NCBI GenBank assembly: GCA_051362555.1
Contig: CM120642.1
Coordinates: 6,758,001 to 6,822,000 of the forward strand
DNA length: 64,000 nt
From: Lingula anatina
Lineage: Eukaryota; Animalia; Brachiopoda
Reading direction: 5' to 3'
Shown here: positions 12,914 to 25,191 of the stretch, in pieces
Numbering within the stretch: the stretch's first letter is position 1
Layout: every line of letters begins with the position of its first letter
Notes under the pieces: model-generated
Databases searched by the model: none
Told to the model about the DNA's origin: nothing
Seen by the model: the letters and a program-made list of their open reading frames with translations, nothing else
Position numbers and translations under genes: made by a program

Positions 12914-13925
12914 ATGGTTCGACAGCTAAGCAACGCAGCTCATTTTGGGACTCTTGCTCTCAGAGAAAATGTCCAGAAACGGACAGCCATTGCCAGGTAA
13001 TTCAACATTTATACCGTTTGTAAAGTCCTCCAAAGAAATGCTGCAACAAGGGCACCTACTCCAATACCTCGATCAGGGTGTCCGCGTATCACACCAAGAA
13101 GACAGGATCGCCTGCTCCTTAGAGGACGCCGTGCTGGTCGTACAAAGGCAACCAGGGTCCTCAGAAAAGAGAGGCAGAATGCCATTCAAACGCCCGTTTC
13201 AAGGTCAATCGTGAACAAGAGATTACTGCAAGCCGGTTATTTTGCACGAAGGCCAGTAGGGAAACCACTGTTAACAGCAGGTCATATACATTGTATAATA
13301 TATACAGCGACGTCTGCAATGGGCTGGGGACCACGTGAATCACGTCGTTTTCAGTAATGAGGCCACATATGGATCTTTTAGGGTTGATGGTCGAATCCGT
13401 GTCCACCGACGTGTACGAGGGACATAAAACGATGATTGTGTACTACCTAGGGTGCAAGCAGGGGGTTGTAACGTCTCTGTTTGAGGAGAATTTCATGTTG
13501 GTGCCCAGAACCAGTTGGTTTTTCTAAGAGGCAACCTCAGCCAGGATTCCTACCGAGACATTCTACAGCAAACGATGCTTCGATTGGTAAGAGCCATCTT
13601 CAGGAACAACTTTGTGTACCAAGACGACTGCGCACCCCCACATCGAGGCCGCAGAATCACTGTTTTTCTTCAAAACCAATGGGTTCAGCAACTGCCCTGG
13701 CCTGCAAACTCTCCAGATATGAACCCAATTGAAAATCTTTGGGCAAAAGTAACTCACAGAATTAATAACTATGGTCATCGGCCGGTAAATAGTGATGAAC
13801 TGCGACAGGCAAAAATCACTGCGTGGAATGATATCCCCATCCAAACTCTAAAAAACGTGTTACAGGGTATGTCATGTAGGATGAGGGCGCTGCAAGCGGC
13901 TGCTGGAGGTCATACCCGCAATTAC
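12914..13925 (+). pseudogene. Tc1-family DD34E transposase pseudogene
   Basis: HVVFSNE (first D mutated) and QDDCAPPHR...WPANSPDMNPIENLW with 34 residues between D and E. C-terminal AGGHTR. Multiple stops and frameshifts. A possible left end is TA|CAGGG at 12597; the right TIR was not found. Confidence 0.9.
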
Positions 13926-14171
13926 CGGCTTTTCATGATGTACTGTAGTGAGTTCTTTGACTGTGTAACATATCACTGTCCGGAGGCTATCATTTACTTA
14001 AATATCTTAGCTTAAAGTTAATACTGACATTAAACTGTTGATATGGTTTTCTGGGGGTGTTCCTTTCTTTTGAATGGCATCTTTTGTCAGATTTGATATC
14101 ATTGACCAAAATATCTCACAACAGAAGACTGGATGTTTTTATTACTCAGTGGCATACTTTTTTAATGACTC

Positions 14172-14663
14172 AAGGGGGGGGGGGGGGCAGGGGGGGGCAG
14201 GTGCCCCCCCCCCCCCCTGGGATTTGAGGTGCAAAAAAAATAATCGCAAAGGTAAAAAAAAAATAATTGCAAAGTTGGTATCAATTCTGTGAGAAAATGC
14301 ACTCATGGCCACAAGACAATCATTCAACAATCTGTTTACAAATGTGTAGTTTTTAGCCAACTCAGTTCATGCCAAAAAGCTCATCCTCCCTTAGGGAGCT
14401 ATCCCCCAGGCCAATTTGCATGTTGTGTTAAAAATGACTGTACTTATGGCAAAATGAACCCACAATTTCTGACTTGTGATTGAGCAATTAATAAATAACA
14501 GTTAAAATGCACCAGAATGCAGTTTTATACATAGAGTTTTTAAAAATTTTTCACACCGTGGGAGGGGGACACCCCCTCCCACCCACTCCCCCCTCGGGGG
14601 CTTCGCCCCCTCGTGTCCGCTTACTGCCCCCCCCCCCTGGCATTTTGCTCAGGTAAGGCCCTG
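14172..14663. mobile_element. G/C-run-rich MITE-like remnant ending in ...GGCCCTG
   Basis: G/C homopolymer hairpins and a hAT-like terminus. The matching other terminus was not seen. Confidence 0.45.
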
Positions 14664-14669
14664 AAATCT

Positions 14670-15900
14670 AACGTTAGTAGTACTTATCCTGTTTACTATG
14701 CCCAGCCTCTTTTTCGTGGACAACTATGGGCGTTTTCCCCGTGTTGCATCAGGAGCAGTCAGTCCAGGTTCTTTCATGCCACCAGCCACTTCTTCTGCTG
14801 TCAGCCCCTACGGACAAAGAAGGAGCGGGTCGTGTGGGTCCTTTGGCCATTGGAGGAGAGATTGTCCCTACACTAAAGCACCAGGAAGTGCACCAGGATT
14901 CTCAAAAACCAATCGTCCATGATTTTGTTAAAGATGAGTATTGTTTTGATGTGAAATATGATAAATCAATTTTTACTATTGATTATTTTGAGCACGAGCA
15001 AGGCAATGTAGATATCTGTGTTAAAGGCAGGCTAAGAAGTAAAATTAGCATTTTGGAAAAGTATTGGCACATATGAGTTTATTCTTGATGTTTTAGAAAA
15101 TGGATACAATCTTCCTTTTTTTCTCTGTACCCGCACCAGTTCATTTGGATAACAATACCTGTAGATATGCTATTTTGCATAGTGCATTTGTTGAGCAGGC
15201 AGTACAAGATTTATTGGTCAGAGGCCTTATTAGTGAGTGCTCAGATATACCTGTTGAAGTTAACTTGCTTACAGTGGCCATTAGCAATAGCGGTAAAAAG
15301 CGGTTAATTTAGATCTGAGGCATGTTAATAAACATCTTTGGAAATTTTCAGTAAAATATGAAGATATTCGTAATGTTTTATTAAAACAGGGAGAGGTTTG
15401 TTTCAAATTTGATTTACATTCTGCATATCATCACATTGATATTTTTGAGTCTCACACTTATTTTTTAGGGTTTTCTTGGAAATTTGGAAATACTTCCAAC
15501 TTTTTTAGATTTAAAGTTTTTGCCATTTGGTCTCAGTTCGACATGCTACATTTTTACTAAAGTGACTAGGCTGCTGGTTAAAAAGTGGCGAGGAGAGGGC
15601 AATAAAGTGGTTATGTATTTAGATGATGGTTTTGGTTGTCATTCGCAGCACAGCGAATGTAAGAATATTGCTCTAGAAATTAGGCAAGATCTTATCAACA
15701 GCGGGTTTGTTCCTAAAGTTGAAAAATCAACGTGGTTTCCTAGTACTGAGATTTTATTTTTAGGGTATAATTTGAATTTAGCGAAAGGCACTATATGCAT
15801 TCCTGATTACAGACTCCTTAAAATTCGTCAGACTATAATGGATATCCATTCTCTGTTTAGAGGAAAAGGCAGCGTTCATGCGCGTTTAGTTGCTAGTTTA
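14670..15900 (+). pseudogene. Degenerate DIRS/Ngaro-type retroelement fragment (gag zinc knuckle + RT)
   Basis: CGSFGHWRRDC knuckle, VKGRL, SGKKRLI, FKFDLHSAYHHI, LPFGLSS and YLDDG. Many stops and frameshifts; truncated at about 15900. Confidence 0.85.
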
Positions 15901-15925
15901 GTACGTCTTTTGTTACTGGCAATAT

Positions 15926-16761
15926 CCTGTGATAGGCCTACTACATTTGAAATGATCACTTACCAATAAAACACACACAAAAAGGATATTACATACAAAA
16001 CTTTTCAAACCTTCTCTTTGTTGTTACACAAAAAGTCGTGAAAGTTCTTGAATTTTTTGTAAGTAGAATCTCCGTGTAAAACTTCACATCTTTTACTTTC
16101 TTTTCCCATAATCTCATGCTTGAAGTCTTTTCTTTCTTTTTAGGCCCCGACCTATTCTTCAATTTTTTTCTTCAGATTTTTATAATGTTTTTTTTTCTCG
16201 CATTGTTTACACCCGAGTTCTATTTGCCGATAGTTCATTATATCCGTTGATTAACTAAGCATTTCTGTTTTTTTATTAAAGCACCGTTGATCTCCTAATA
16301 TTATAGTTTTTCTTCCCGCCTTCGAAATGTTCAGCGCAAACGCGGAGCCCTGCTTTTGATCCAAACCTGCTATAGGCCTATTTTCCTTTCCTTCTACCAT
16401 ATTTTTCATTCTAACGGGTTTGTTGGGAACTTATTAAACCTAATGTGTCGATCTCGCTTACTGTTATTGTAGCAGCGGGACAAAAAGCACGTAAACCCAG
16501 CCATGGTTTTTAGCACCGCTGTAAGTGTTTCGGCGTAGCAGGGCTCCCCTACCCACAATGCAAATTCCATTTCCGGAAAAGATGAAAAAGGTTAATTCAG
16601 AACTCTGCTGCTCGTCTCCTCTGTTATGAAGATCAAGAAAAAAATCAAGAACTTTCACGACTTCTTGTGTAACAACAAAGAAGTTTGAAAAGTTTTGTAT
16701 GTAGTATCCTTTTTGTGTGTGTTTTATTGATAAGTGATCATTGTTGTAGGCCTATCACAGG
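15926..16761. repeat. Inverted repeat (about 125-bp arms); probable MITE/foldback element
   Basis: 15926-16058 is an imperfect reverse complement of 16638-16761. Confidence 0.8.
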
Positions 16762-18178
16762 TTTTGGTCTCTCATAACCCTTAGTAGGGTGGGTTCTATT
16801 TTTTTTTAACGTGAGACGTTAATAAAATTTTTATTATTATGTATTCAGTCCCGTATACGTATTACTGATTTGTACAAACGGGACTCATATCATCAAGATC
16901 AACAGAGACATACGAAGAAGAAAGTACATCGGCTCTTGTTGAACGCGTTATCGGCAAAATAAAAAGTTATTTATTTCTGAACTCAATGACAAGAGAATTG
17001 GAAAATTCAATGGGCAAATATTTACAAAAAAATGCAGAAAAAGCCTTTCTGTAGGCTACACGTACATAATACATGTATGGTAAAGACAAAATGGATAATA
17101 AAAATAATCTAAAAATGTACGTACATGTAAAGTAATACAAATGTGCTTAGTATTAAAGTAGGCCTACGTATATTTAACTGTTAGTTGAAAAGTATGAAAT
17201 GTGTGGAAAACACTTTATTTGAATGATTTTATTGTCTTTGATTGAAAACGATGAAAATACGCATGAAAACATTTAAAAATCAAATAATTGGCCTCTTGCT
17301 ATAATTTTGTTTTTGCCTGACGGTTTTGTTTCAGTTTGACAAAATTTTCATACTTGTCAGACCGAAAGTCTGACATTTTTACCTGTCGTAAATTTTGTAC
17401 ATATACTAGAGTAAGACACGGTAAACTTTAATTATCTTCTGGGAAAGACTCGAGAATTTCTCACCTAAACACTTCAACACTTAAACACTTAAAATTAGGT
17501 TTTAATTACAGAGGAAAGGTCGTAGTTATGGCCGCCCCCCTTACCGAACAATTGAACAAGTAACACCTAATGCCTTATCAGGTAGGCCTACCAAACGATT
17601 TAATCAGTTCACCGACGAACGATCTGCGTGTCAGTTTTACCTGTATACACAGTAGGTACGAATCAAACAATGCAGGGAATCTTTTCATTTTATCACTTCA
17701 AAAATCTCTTAAGACATCCTTCAAACACGACATAAAAATCGTAAAGAATTGACACTGCCGGTAAATGAGGTGATATCGCCACAGCTTGCATATATACATG
17801 TAATATTGTGAAGACGTACGTAGGCCTACGCACCTGTCCACACTCTTGAAAGCTGTGTACGTGTCTACTGGCTATTTTGATTATATATATAAAAAATAAC
17901 GAGTCTCTTTCGCATATCTTTATTATCGAAAGCATTTAAAAGAACTCTGAAGCTTTAGTTCGTCATCACTTTTGAAAGTGCAGCCAAGGCTCGGACGCTT
18001 AGGTGAAGTCTACTTGTACAGCGCATCGTATTTAAACTGAGAAAGAAAACATTTAATTGCTTGATTCTCCGTCCAAATAGCTGTTTCTTGCCTAAAGTTT
18101 ACGCATTTTTGTGCTTCAGCCACCTTTTTAGTTTGACAGAAAGCAATGCACGCTTCATACGACCTTTTTATATGCGCA

Positions 18179-18280
18179 CCTTGTACATCATCTACACCTA
18201 GCATTGCAATGCTGGAAACAGCAGAGGACCTTGTACATCATCTACACCTAGCATTGCCATGCTGGAAACAGCAGAGGACC
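18179..18280. repeat. 50-bp tandem duplication (2 copies)
   Basis: CCTTGTACATCATCTACACCTAGCATTGC(A/C)ATGCTGGAAACAGCAGAGGA occurs twice. Confidence 0.95.
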
Positions 18281-18356
18281 ACCGTGACCCCTGTGGCGCG
18301 CGGTTCCTATCATGCGCACTTCGTATTTCCGCAAAAGATGAAAAAGGTTAATAGAT

Positions 18357-19402
18357 AGCACTAGATCATAGACGGCAGCGGGACGGAAGTGAGTAATCCA
18401 ACATGGCGGACCCCAGCGCCGCTGCAATCGGCAATCCTCGGCTCATTCCGCAAGCTCCATACTAACCATACTTATTGTCGAGTGCGGAGACATCCGAGTA
18501 GTTCCGAGTGGCGCCGCCGAGACATTTATAGGATGTAGTTTTACAGCAAAGTATCTAGGAAAATATACATGTATGCTATATCCCTAGGGATTCTTTATTG
18601 ATACACCTTCACAAATAAGGTACAATCAAAGACAGTACACCTAAATATAGCAGAGTACAAACAAGTTAATGAATAAATATACATGATTTTGATGCGATAT
18701 AGATGAATACGTGTTTAAAAAAGGGCCGAAGTACATGTACAATCATAGAGGTAAAACAGACAACTCCAGCTACAGATACGTAAATTTGCAGGACATGGAA
18801 ACGCATTTAGACCCAATTAGATAAATGTATAATAATACTAATAAATGAGTTTATAAAGTGATATATATAAAATGTGTAATGATAATCTACAGGCGATGAA
18901 TTTAAATACATACACTGAAAAGAGTACAATGTATTAAGAGAGGGTTTGTTCCCTTTGTTGGAAGCATCTAGGCCTATTTACAAAACGCATAACCATTCTA
19001 AGAATATTTAAATCTTGAGCACCCATAAGAAAATTAAACAGTTCATTAAAGCTGAAGTCGCCTAGGGGTAGGAACTCTGACAGCTGCCCTCTGAAGGGAT
19101 CACGTATTGAATTTGCACTCTAGCAGGAGGTGGAACTCATCTACATGTACTTTATTCAAATCGCAAAGTTTACAAAATCCTAGGTATATATAATACGATT
19201 AAAAAATAAAAAGAAACATAAAAAAGTGAATAAAAATTATATGCTATATTCCTAGTTATTATACGATAAAAAAAAAAAAAACAATTGAACTGTGTTTTGA
19301 TCGGCACTACAACATTCGACTATCAGCCTTAGCATCTCGTCGCAAGGGGCCGCCATGTTGGATTTCTCACTTCCGTCCCTCTGCCGTCTATGATCTAGTG
19401 CT
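18357..19402. mobile_element. MITE with about 57-bp TIRs
   Basis: AGCACTAGATCATAGACGGCAG...CCAACATGGCGG and its reverse complement at 19346-19402. TSD unclear. Confidence 0.75.
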
Positions 19403-19697
19403 GACCGTAGATTATCAACATCATCTGTCTTCCAACCCGTTTTTATCAACAAGCAAATTTATGTCTATGCGGCGGAATTGCCTATGAGGTAATATTGCGT
19501 GATAGGGGCATTACATAACTACACACTCAACACTGCATATGTCGTTATATTTTATGATGAAATAAAACCAGCCAATTATCGGAACACCCTTTTATATGGG
19601 CATAGTTAATTCATTGTAGCTTATGCATCCATATGGGTGGATGAAAATGACAACACATAAATGTAATTTTAAACGAGTATGCTATTAACCAATCACA

Positions 19698-19940
19698 GAG
19701 CGCAGACCTCCGCCAAGGCAGCAAAGTCTCCACCCAGTGCCGTTTCACCCCTAAATTTTCGATATTTTTTATTATTGATTGCTTATTGATCCAGATCACC
19801 ACCAAAAACAAATCATCTTTTCCTTGGCCCACTTCTGACAGCTCCTGAAAATTTCATCAAAATCGGTCCATAACTTTTTGAGTTATGTTCATGACAGACA
19901 AACAAACAGGGGTGAAAACATAACCTCCTTGGCGGAGGTA
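19698..19940 (+). mobile_element. Short interspersed Helitron/Helentron-like (HINE-type) element, copy 1
   Basis: Subterminal inverted repeat ACCTCCGCCAAGG / CCTTGGCGGAGGT, an ACAG/ACAA microsatellite and a 3' hairpin. A second copy lies at 40084. Confidence 0.65.
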
Positions 19941-22900
19941 TAATTACAGCGTGTATGGGTGTATTCCCAGAGATTTAGATCGATCCAGGGATTAAGATTT
20001 AGATCGACCTAACTCCCTGGGGGTTCACGCTAAATTGCAGTCAGCCGAGCGCGCACCATAGTTAATTACCCCCTTACAGCTTTCAGTAGGCGGGACAGAC
20101 GCTTAAGCCGGCTAAGCTGACAGTAATCTAGTGAGACTCCCCACAGGGATAGATCGATCTAAAATCTATGGAAATGGGGGTCTATGACAACTCCTAACTT
20201 ACTAAAGATAATTGTTTAAGCCAAGTTACTTTTATTACTACTCGCCGAAAGGTGCAGCACTGCCCTCAAGATCCCTCCCAAGTGTCTTCCTAAGTGAGAA
20301 ACCAAGGAGTTATAACAGAAGGAGATTACACGCGTGGGGGCGGAGCCCGTATTACGGTCTCTCATTGGTCGGAATGAATAGAACCCAGAGAACAATGGAT
20401 GCCTATCTCTGTTTCGCTTTATTGTTACTCTCGTTTAAATCTCGTTTGTTAGTATCTGTGCCTTCGTCTGTTGATTTTTGAGGACAGAAACAGAAACGGA
20501 GTCCCAAGTTTCTAAAAAATGAGAGAAATACAGAATTTATATGATATTACGTTGGACAAGGTTTTCAAAAAACAGGTAAGTGCTTTTAAATGCATAACTA
20601 CTCGAAATATGAAGATAAATTGCAACTTTTATGCCGTGGGGTCTCACTGTGTAAGTGTCCAGCTCCACGTCGATCTCGCGAGGTGGTGTGTGGAGCATAA
20701 ATATTGCACGAAAAATATTTCCCACTCATAACAAGTGCTTATAAATATAGTATCAGATGAAGAAAGTTTGGTCTTTATACAGTTGCAATTGTTTAGTAAT
20801 TTGTGGCAATAGCAAAGAATAAAACTTAGGTGCACTTTCAGTAGCCGAATAACAAGCAGATGCTTAAGCCGCCATCTTGTTAATATTTCGAAAAAAAATT
20901 ACTCCAAAAGACATTTTCCTCCTACTTTTTGAAACTTGTGTCACATGACAGTCATAAAATTTAACTAATTGTTATGTGTGCAACACACTTGCTTGAGCAG
21001 TATTGTTTTTTTTTTGCTATTTTACATGTGGCCTAGCTTGGATACGACAATTGACAATTTTCATGAGTTCCGATCAAAAAGTGTTACGCTTGTTACGGCC
21101 AAAAGCCTTACCGCTTTTTGTACTTTTCAAATGCAAGATTATAAAAAAATTTGGTGTGTTTAGATTCTTGAACATCTTGGTCGTGGCGTGGTATATATTG
21201 CATGGATACTGCTCCAATATTTCTTGAAAAAAATAACCTGATTTGTTCAGAATACCAATTTTTTACTCAAGTGTTATGGGTAAATGTACCATTTTGGCCT
21301 TTACATTTTTCATGTTTAAATCTAAAAAGACTTATCATGACAGTTGGTCATCATTTTTCTTCTCACCATGGTGGGTGGCTTTGGAGTGGTAACTTTGTTG
21401 TTAAAGTAAAGTGCTCAGTTTTTTTGACTGGAAAATTTTGCCTCCACCCAGCATTTTCCATCATGGCGGTCTAACAGGAAGTTTGACTTCATGGCATTGT
21501 TATTTTTAACTTATTTAGTCTTCTTTTTACATATATATGTTTTAATTCATATTAAACCTTTGAAAAAAGAACACACATGAATCCTGGTGCTTTCAATTTA
21601 AAGTCTTAAGTTCACCTAGGCTCCACCAATTACTTTACCTGTTATCTCACTACACATCTCCCTTTGAGTTAAGGTGTGTAAGACACACCTTAATGTGTAA
21701 GACACCTCTATAATTAAGGGGTACTTGCTTCTCTACTTTAATTATACTTCACTACTTTGGCATGTTAGGTGGCAAGCTTGGATGTTTCAGTTCATTTTAA
21801 GAAAGAAGCTTTGCCTTGGTGGTTACAAAAGAATAGAACTCTGTTCAAGGTTTATTCATTTCTTGAAAGTAAATATTTCATCTTGCAGTGTTGAAACAGA
21901 AATTCTCTCAAAATTGATAATGAATTTTACATGCATATCTTAACACTACTCAAGTTTTTTTTCTTCTATTATAGATATGGGAGAAAGCTGCATTGAATAT
22001 ATGAATTATGGTCAGGCTGGAAAAAATTTAAAAATGTCAATGAAAAAAGGAGGTCAGCATGTCTGGGGTAAGTTACTTTTGTCATGATGCCTAAGATGCA
22101 TTAAACATTCACTAACAACAGTACACTTTTTAATTTTTTTCAAAATACAACAACCTTGGGCATTTTCTTTTTAGCAACCAGCCTCTCTGAAATCCCCTTT
22201 TTGTCCTGTCAGAAGAGTAGGAACCAGGGCGGATTTAAATAATTTCTTGTAATAAGTACTGTCATGCCTATAATTCCCGCGACAACTAATTGATCATTTT
22301 CTGACGTCTGTATGCGTACATGGTGACGAGATAATTATAGGGCAAAACACAATGGCAATGAAAATGAGAAGACGTCAAGCCCGCCCTATGTTCGCTAATA
22401 TGCAAATCAACCCCGCTTGACCATCGGTGGCGGCTTGTCACCCTGTTTATGCTCGACGGGGAGTTAATTGCCGCTTGCTGTAAGCCGACGTAATTACATA
22501 GTTGCTTATCTGCCGGTACTGTTCCTTTTTCTAGGCTGACACAGGGCCTATCTCCTGCCTTGCTAACGGGTTTTTCTTCACTTTGCAAAGTTTTGTTTGA
22601 AAGATTTAATATTTATTTTACTTGTAAGTTTTTGTCCTGCTATCCACAATTTTCCCACATAAGGGCCAACGTTAATTTGAAAATGACGTAATGCAGTATC
22701 GGTCACAAACCACGGAGCGTGCCGTCTGAGGTAATGAGCAAAAATAAAATAAACTACTTCAGACGTTGTGAAGATTATCTGTATATTCGCTTCTTTAACG
22801 TCTTTTACCGTGAAATTATATGCTGATCTCATTTGAAAGTTTTTCGCGTATTATTCGGTCAACTTATTCTGTCAAGCCATACGGGCCTGTCACTGCACGT

Positions 22901-24189
22901 GCGCCATCTTGAATTTTATAAGTAGAGGGAGGCAGGTCGACAGCCATGCGAAAAAGGACTCTGTGCACGCGGAGAAGTGAAAGTGATACCTTTTTGAAAA
23001 ACGATATCATTAAAAAATACATTCATAAAAATTTAAACTTTGCTTGTCGGAGGCTGATACCCCACAAAGCGCTCAAGCTGCTGTGCACTGAGTTATTTAT
23101 AAGTGGGATCTGTTTATGTACTGGAGTGGTTCATCGTAGAAATATAGGCTAATTTTGTAATTGCAGTAATAACAACATTCTAATTCATTGCTTCTTTGTA
23201 CAAGCAAGATGCTCTTTTCAAATGAATAATGAAATGAATAAATAATGTTATTAAGTTGAGAGGAAGCAGCTCGTTATCTATAAATGGGTCTGTGTTAATT
23301 TTTTTTTTTTCAGGTCGATCCTTAGATTGTGCCTATTGGCTGGTAATGTAGTTCTGTCTATTTAAATTGATCAACAACTACTTTTTAAATTTTCTTTAAT
23401 AAAATACAAATAACAAGTTTGACATTGAAAATCTAACATGCATGAAAAGCCAATTATAGTTCCAGTGTTATACTATTAAAATCCTATTTCAGCATGCGAA
23501 ATATATATTTCAAAAAGTTTGCATCGATCATGTTTTGTTTGCTTAACCTTTTTGTTTTAGACTTTGAACACATGGATGGAATTTGTAAATATTCTACACA
23601 ATATAATTCACTTTCATTAGTTTTGAATTTAAATATATGGACAGTATTAATTAGATAAAATAATACTTATTAAAAAAACGTAAATTTATTGAGAATAAAA
23701 ATTTAAAATGCCCTTCCGTAAGCGTATTTTTGAGAGATGATTCTGTACAGTATTTACGAGTGTAAATAATATGCGTTTGACAGCATTTTCTTTCAAATGT
23801 GATTCTTTAGAAATGTGCGCATTAACTTTTCTTGTCTTACAGACAGACACAGAGAGGACTTAAGGTCCGAAACCAGAAGGCCACATGGAAAATACAACTA
23901 AGGTCTACAAAAGGCTGCCTCCTTTGTAGGGTCTTATCTAGCGCACGAAAATCTTTATTAATCATGCGATTTGATAAATTATCACAGATGATGATTTAGT
24001 CTAATTGGTGTGCTACACGGATATGAAGGGCGCGTAGAAAGTTACCTAGGTCTGTAAATATATGCGTTTTGGTGTCGGGGGGGGGGGGGGGGGGGGGGGG
24101 TCTCCTTTTCTTGCCACAGTATTTAAATATTTAAACTGGAAATTATTCGATCACCAATCGTCAAGCTGTCTATGCAGAAAGATATTTTT

Positions 24190-24590
24190 AAACTAGCGGA
24201 GAGCACCTGCATTGGAGAAGACGACCTGGCAGAGAAAGACGGAAGATAAAGATCACTCTCACATACTTTTTTTCCCGTAAATATTTTGATATTAAAGACT
24301 CCCGTCCCTCTTCCCTTGTTCGTGTCCTTCTTTTCTACATTTACTGCATTTTATCATTTGTTTTCCCCGAAGTAAGAATGAATCGTTTGAGCAAGCGGGC
24401 TTGGTAGAAAAAGAGGGGAGATAAGGACATCAATCTTATTTCCCGTAAATGTTTTTAATATTAAGGATTCCCATCACTTTTTCTTGATAGTTTCCTCTTT
24501 CCTCTATTTCTTTTCGCTGCACTTTTATCTGTTGACTTCTCTTAAATAAAATTAATCAAATCTAAATAAAACAAATAACGGAGAGCAGAT
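24190..24590. repeat. Degenerate tandem repeat, unit about 165-190 bp
   Basis: TTTCCCGTAAAT...ATATTAA.GA.TCCC recurs near 24270 and 24440; CGGAGAGCA recurs near 24197 and 24579. Confidence 0.6.
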
Positions 24591-25023
24591 TCTTTGGTGA
24601 AATTATTTATCTGTCAAAAACCTTATAAAATGTTAAAACATCCTTTGTGAATAACGACCCATGCAGTAGTGTAAAATATTCATTTTGTAGAAGGTTGCAC
24701 AGGATTAAATTCTCGATGCAATTAACGATAATTTCCTAGTCTTTTATTAGCCTACCAGCACCTTATTGAGAAAATTTTGATTCACCCCAAGAAGTTATAA
24801 CTTCTTGTTCACCCTGACACTGCCAACGAAAAAGTACTTTAGTTTACTGGTGTCTCTTGAATATTTAGGCACTGTTGATGGCCCAAAAGATTGAAATTTG
24901 ACGAAACCGATGCTTTATCGCTATTGTTTAATGATTAACAATTGCTGCCTGAGAACGCTCTTGGGATGTATACTAGTAGACCTAGTCAAAGAATGGAATA
25001 GTTTTTAATATCAAGGTCACTTA

Positions 25024-25191
25024 CAGGGGCGGATTTAGGCCGTCTTCTGGGTCTTCTGGCAGTCGGTCAGATTTTTAAGTTAACATTGACGGGTATCTAA
25101 TTTTTTCTGTCGGAAGACGGTCAAAAATGGAGGGTGGATCAACAAAGATTATTTGGAAGACTGTCAGAAAATATCTCTGGATCTGCCCCTG
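25024..25191. mobile_element. Small MITE, CAGGGGC...GCCCCTG, 5-bp TSD (copy 1)
   Basis: TSD ACTTA at 25019-25023 and 25192-25196. Homologous, in inverted orientation, to 37620-37741. Confidence 0.85.

Larger units (their letters stand above)
3552..18010. mobile_element. Long-TIR element (about 355-bp arms), unclassified; left arm split by a Harbinger insertion
   Basis: 3552-3570 plus 12262-12597 is the near-identical reverse complement of 17652-18010 (GACTTCACCTAAGCGTC...). TA lies on both flanks. Confidence 0.75.

Noticed and set aside
12597-14170. Complete Tc1 element with TIRs
   Set aside because: No reverse-complement match to the putative left end was found; only the transposase pseudogene is supported.
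18179-18280. CRISPR-like repeat
   Set aside because: Two adjacent copies without spacers in eukaryotic DNA; a simple tandem duplication.
19957-20182. Harbinger-like MITE with GATTTAGATCGATC inverted motifs
   Set aside because: Internal symmetry is visible, but the termini are mismatched and no TSD could be defined.
21000-21640. Crypton-like or THAP-like coding remnant
   Set aside because: Only vague 3-4 residue resemblances amid many stops; not supportable by eye.
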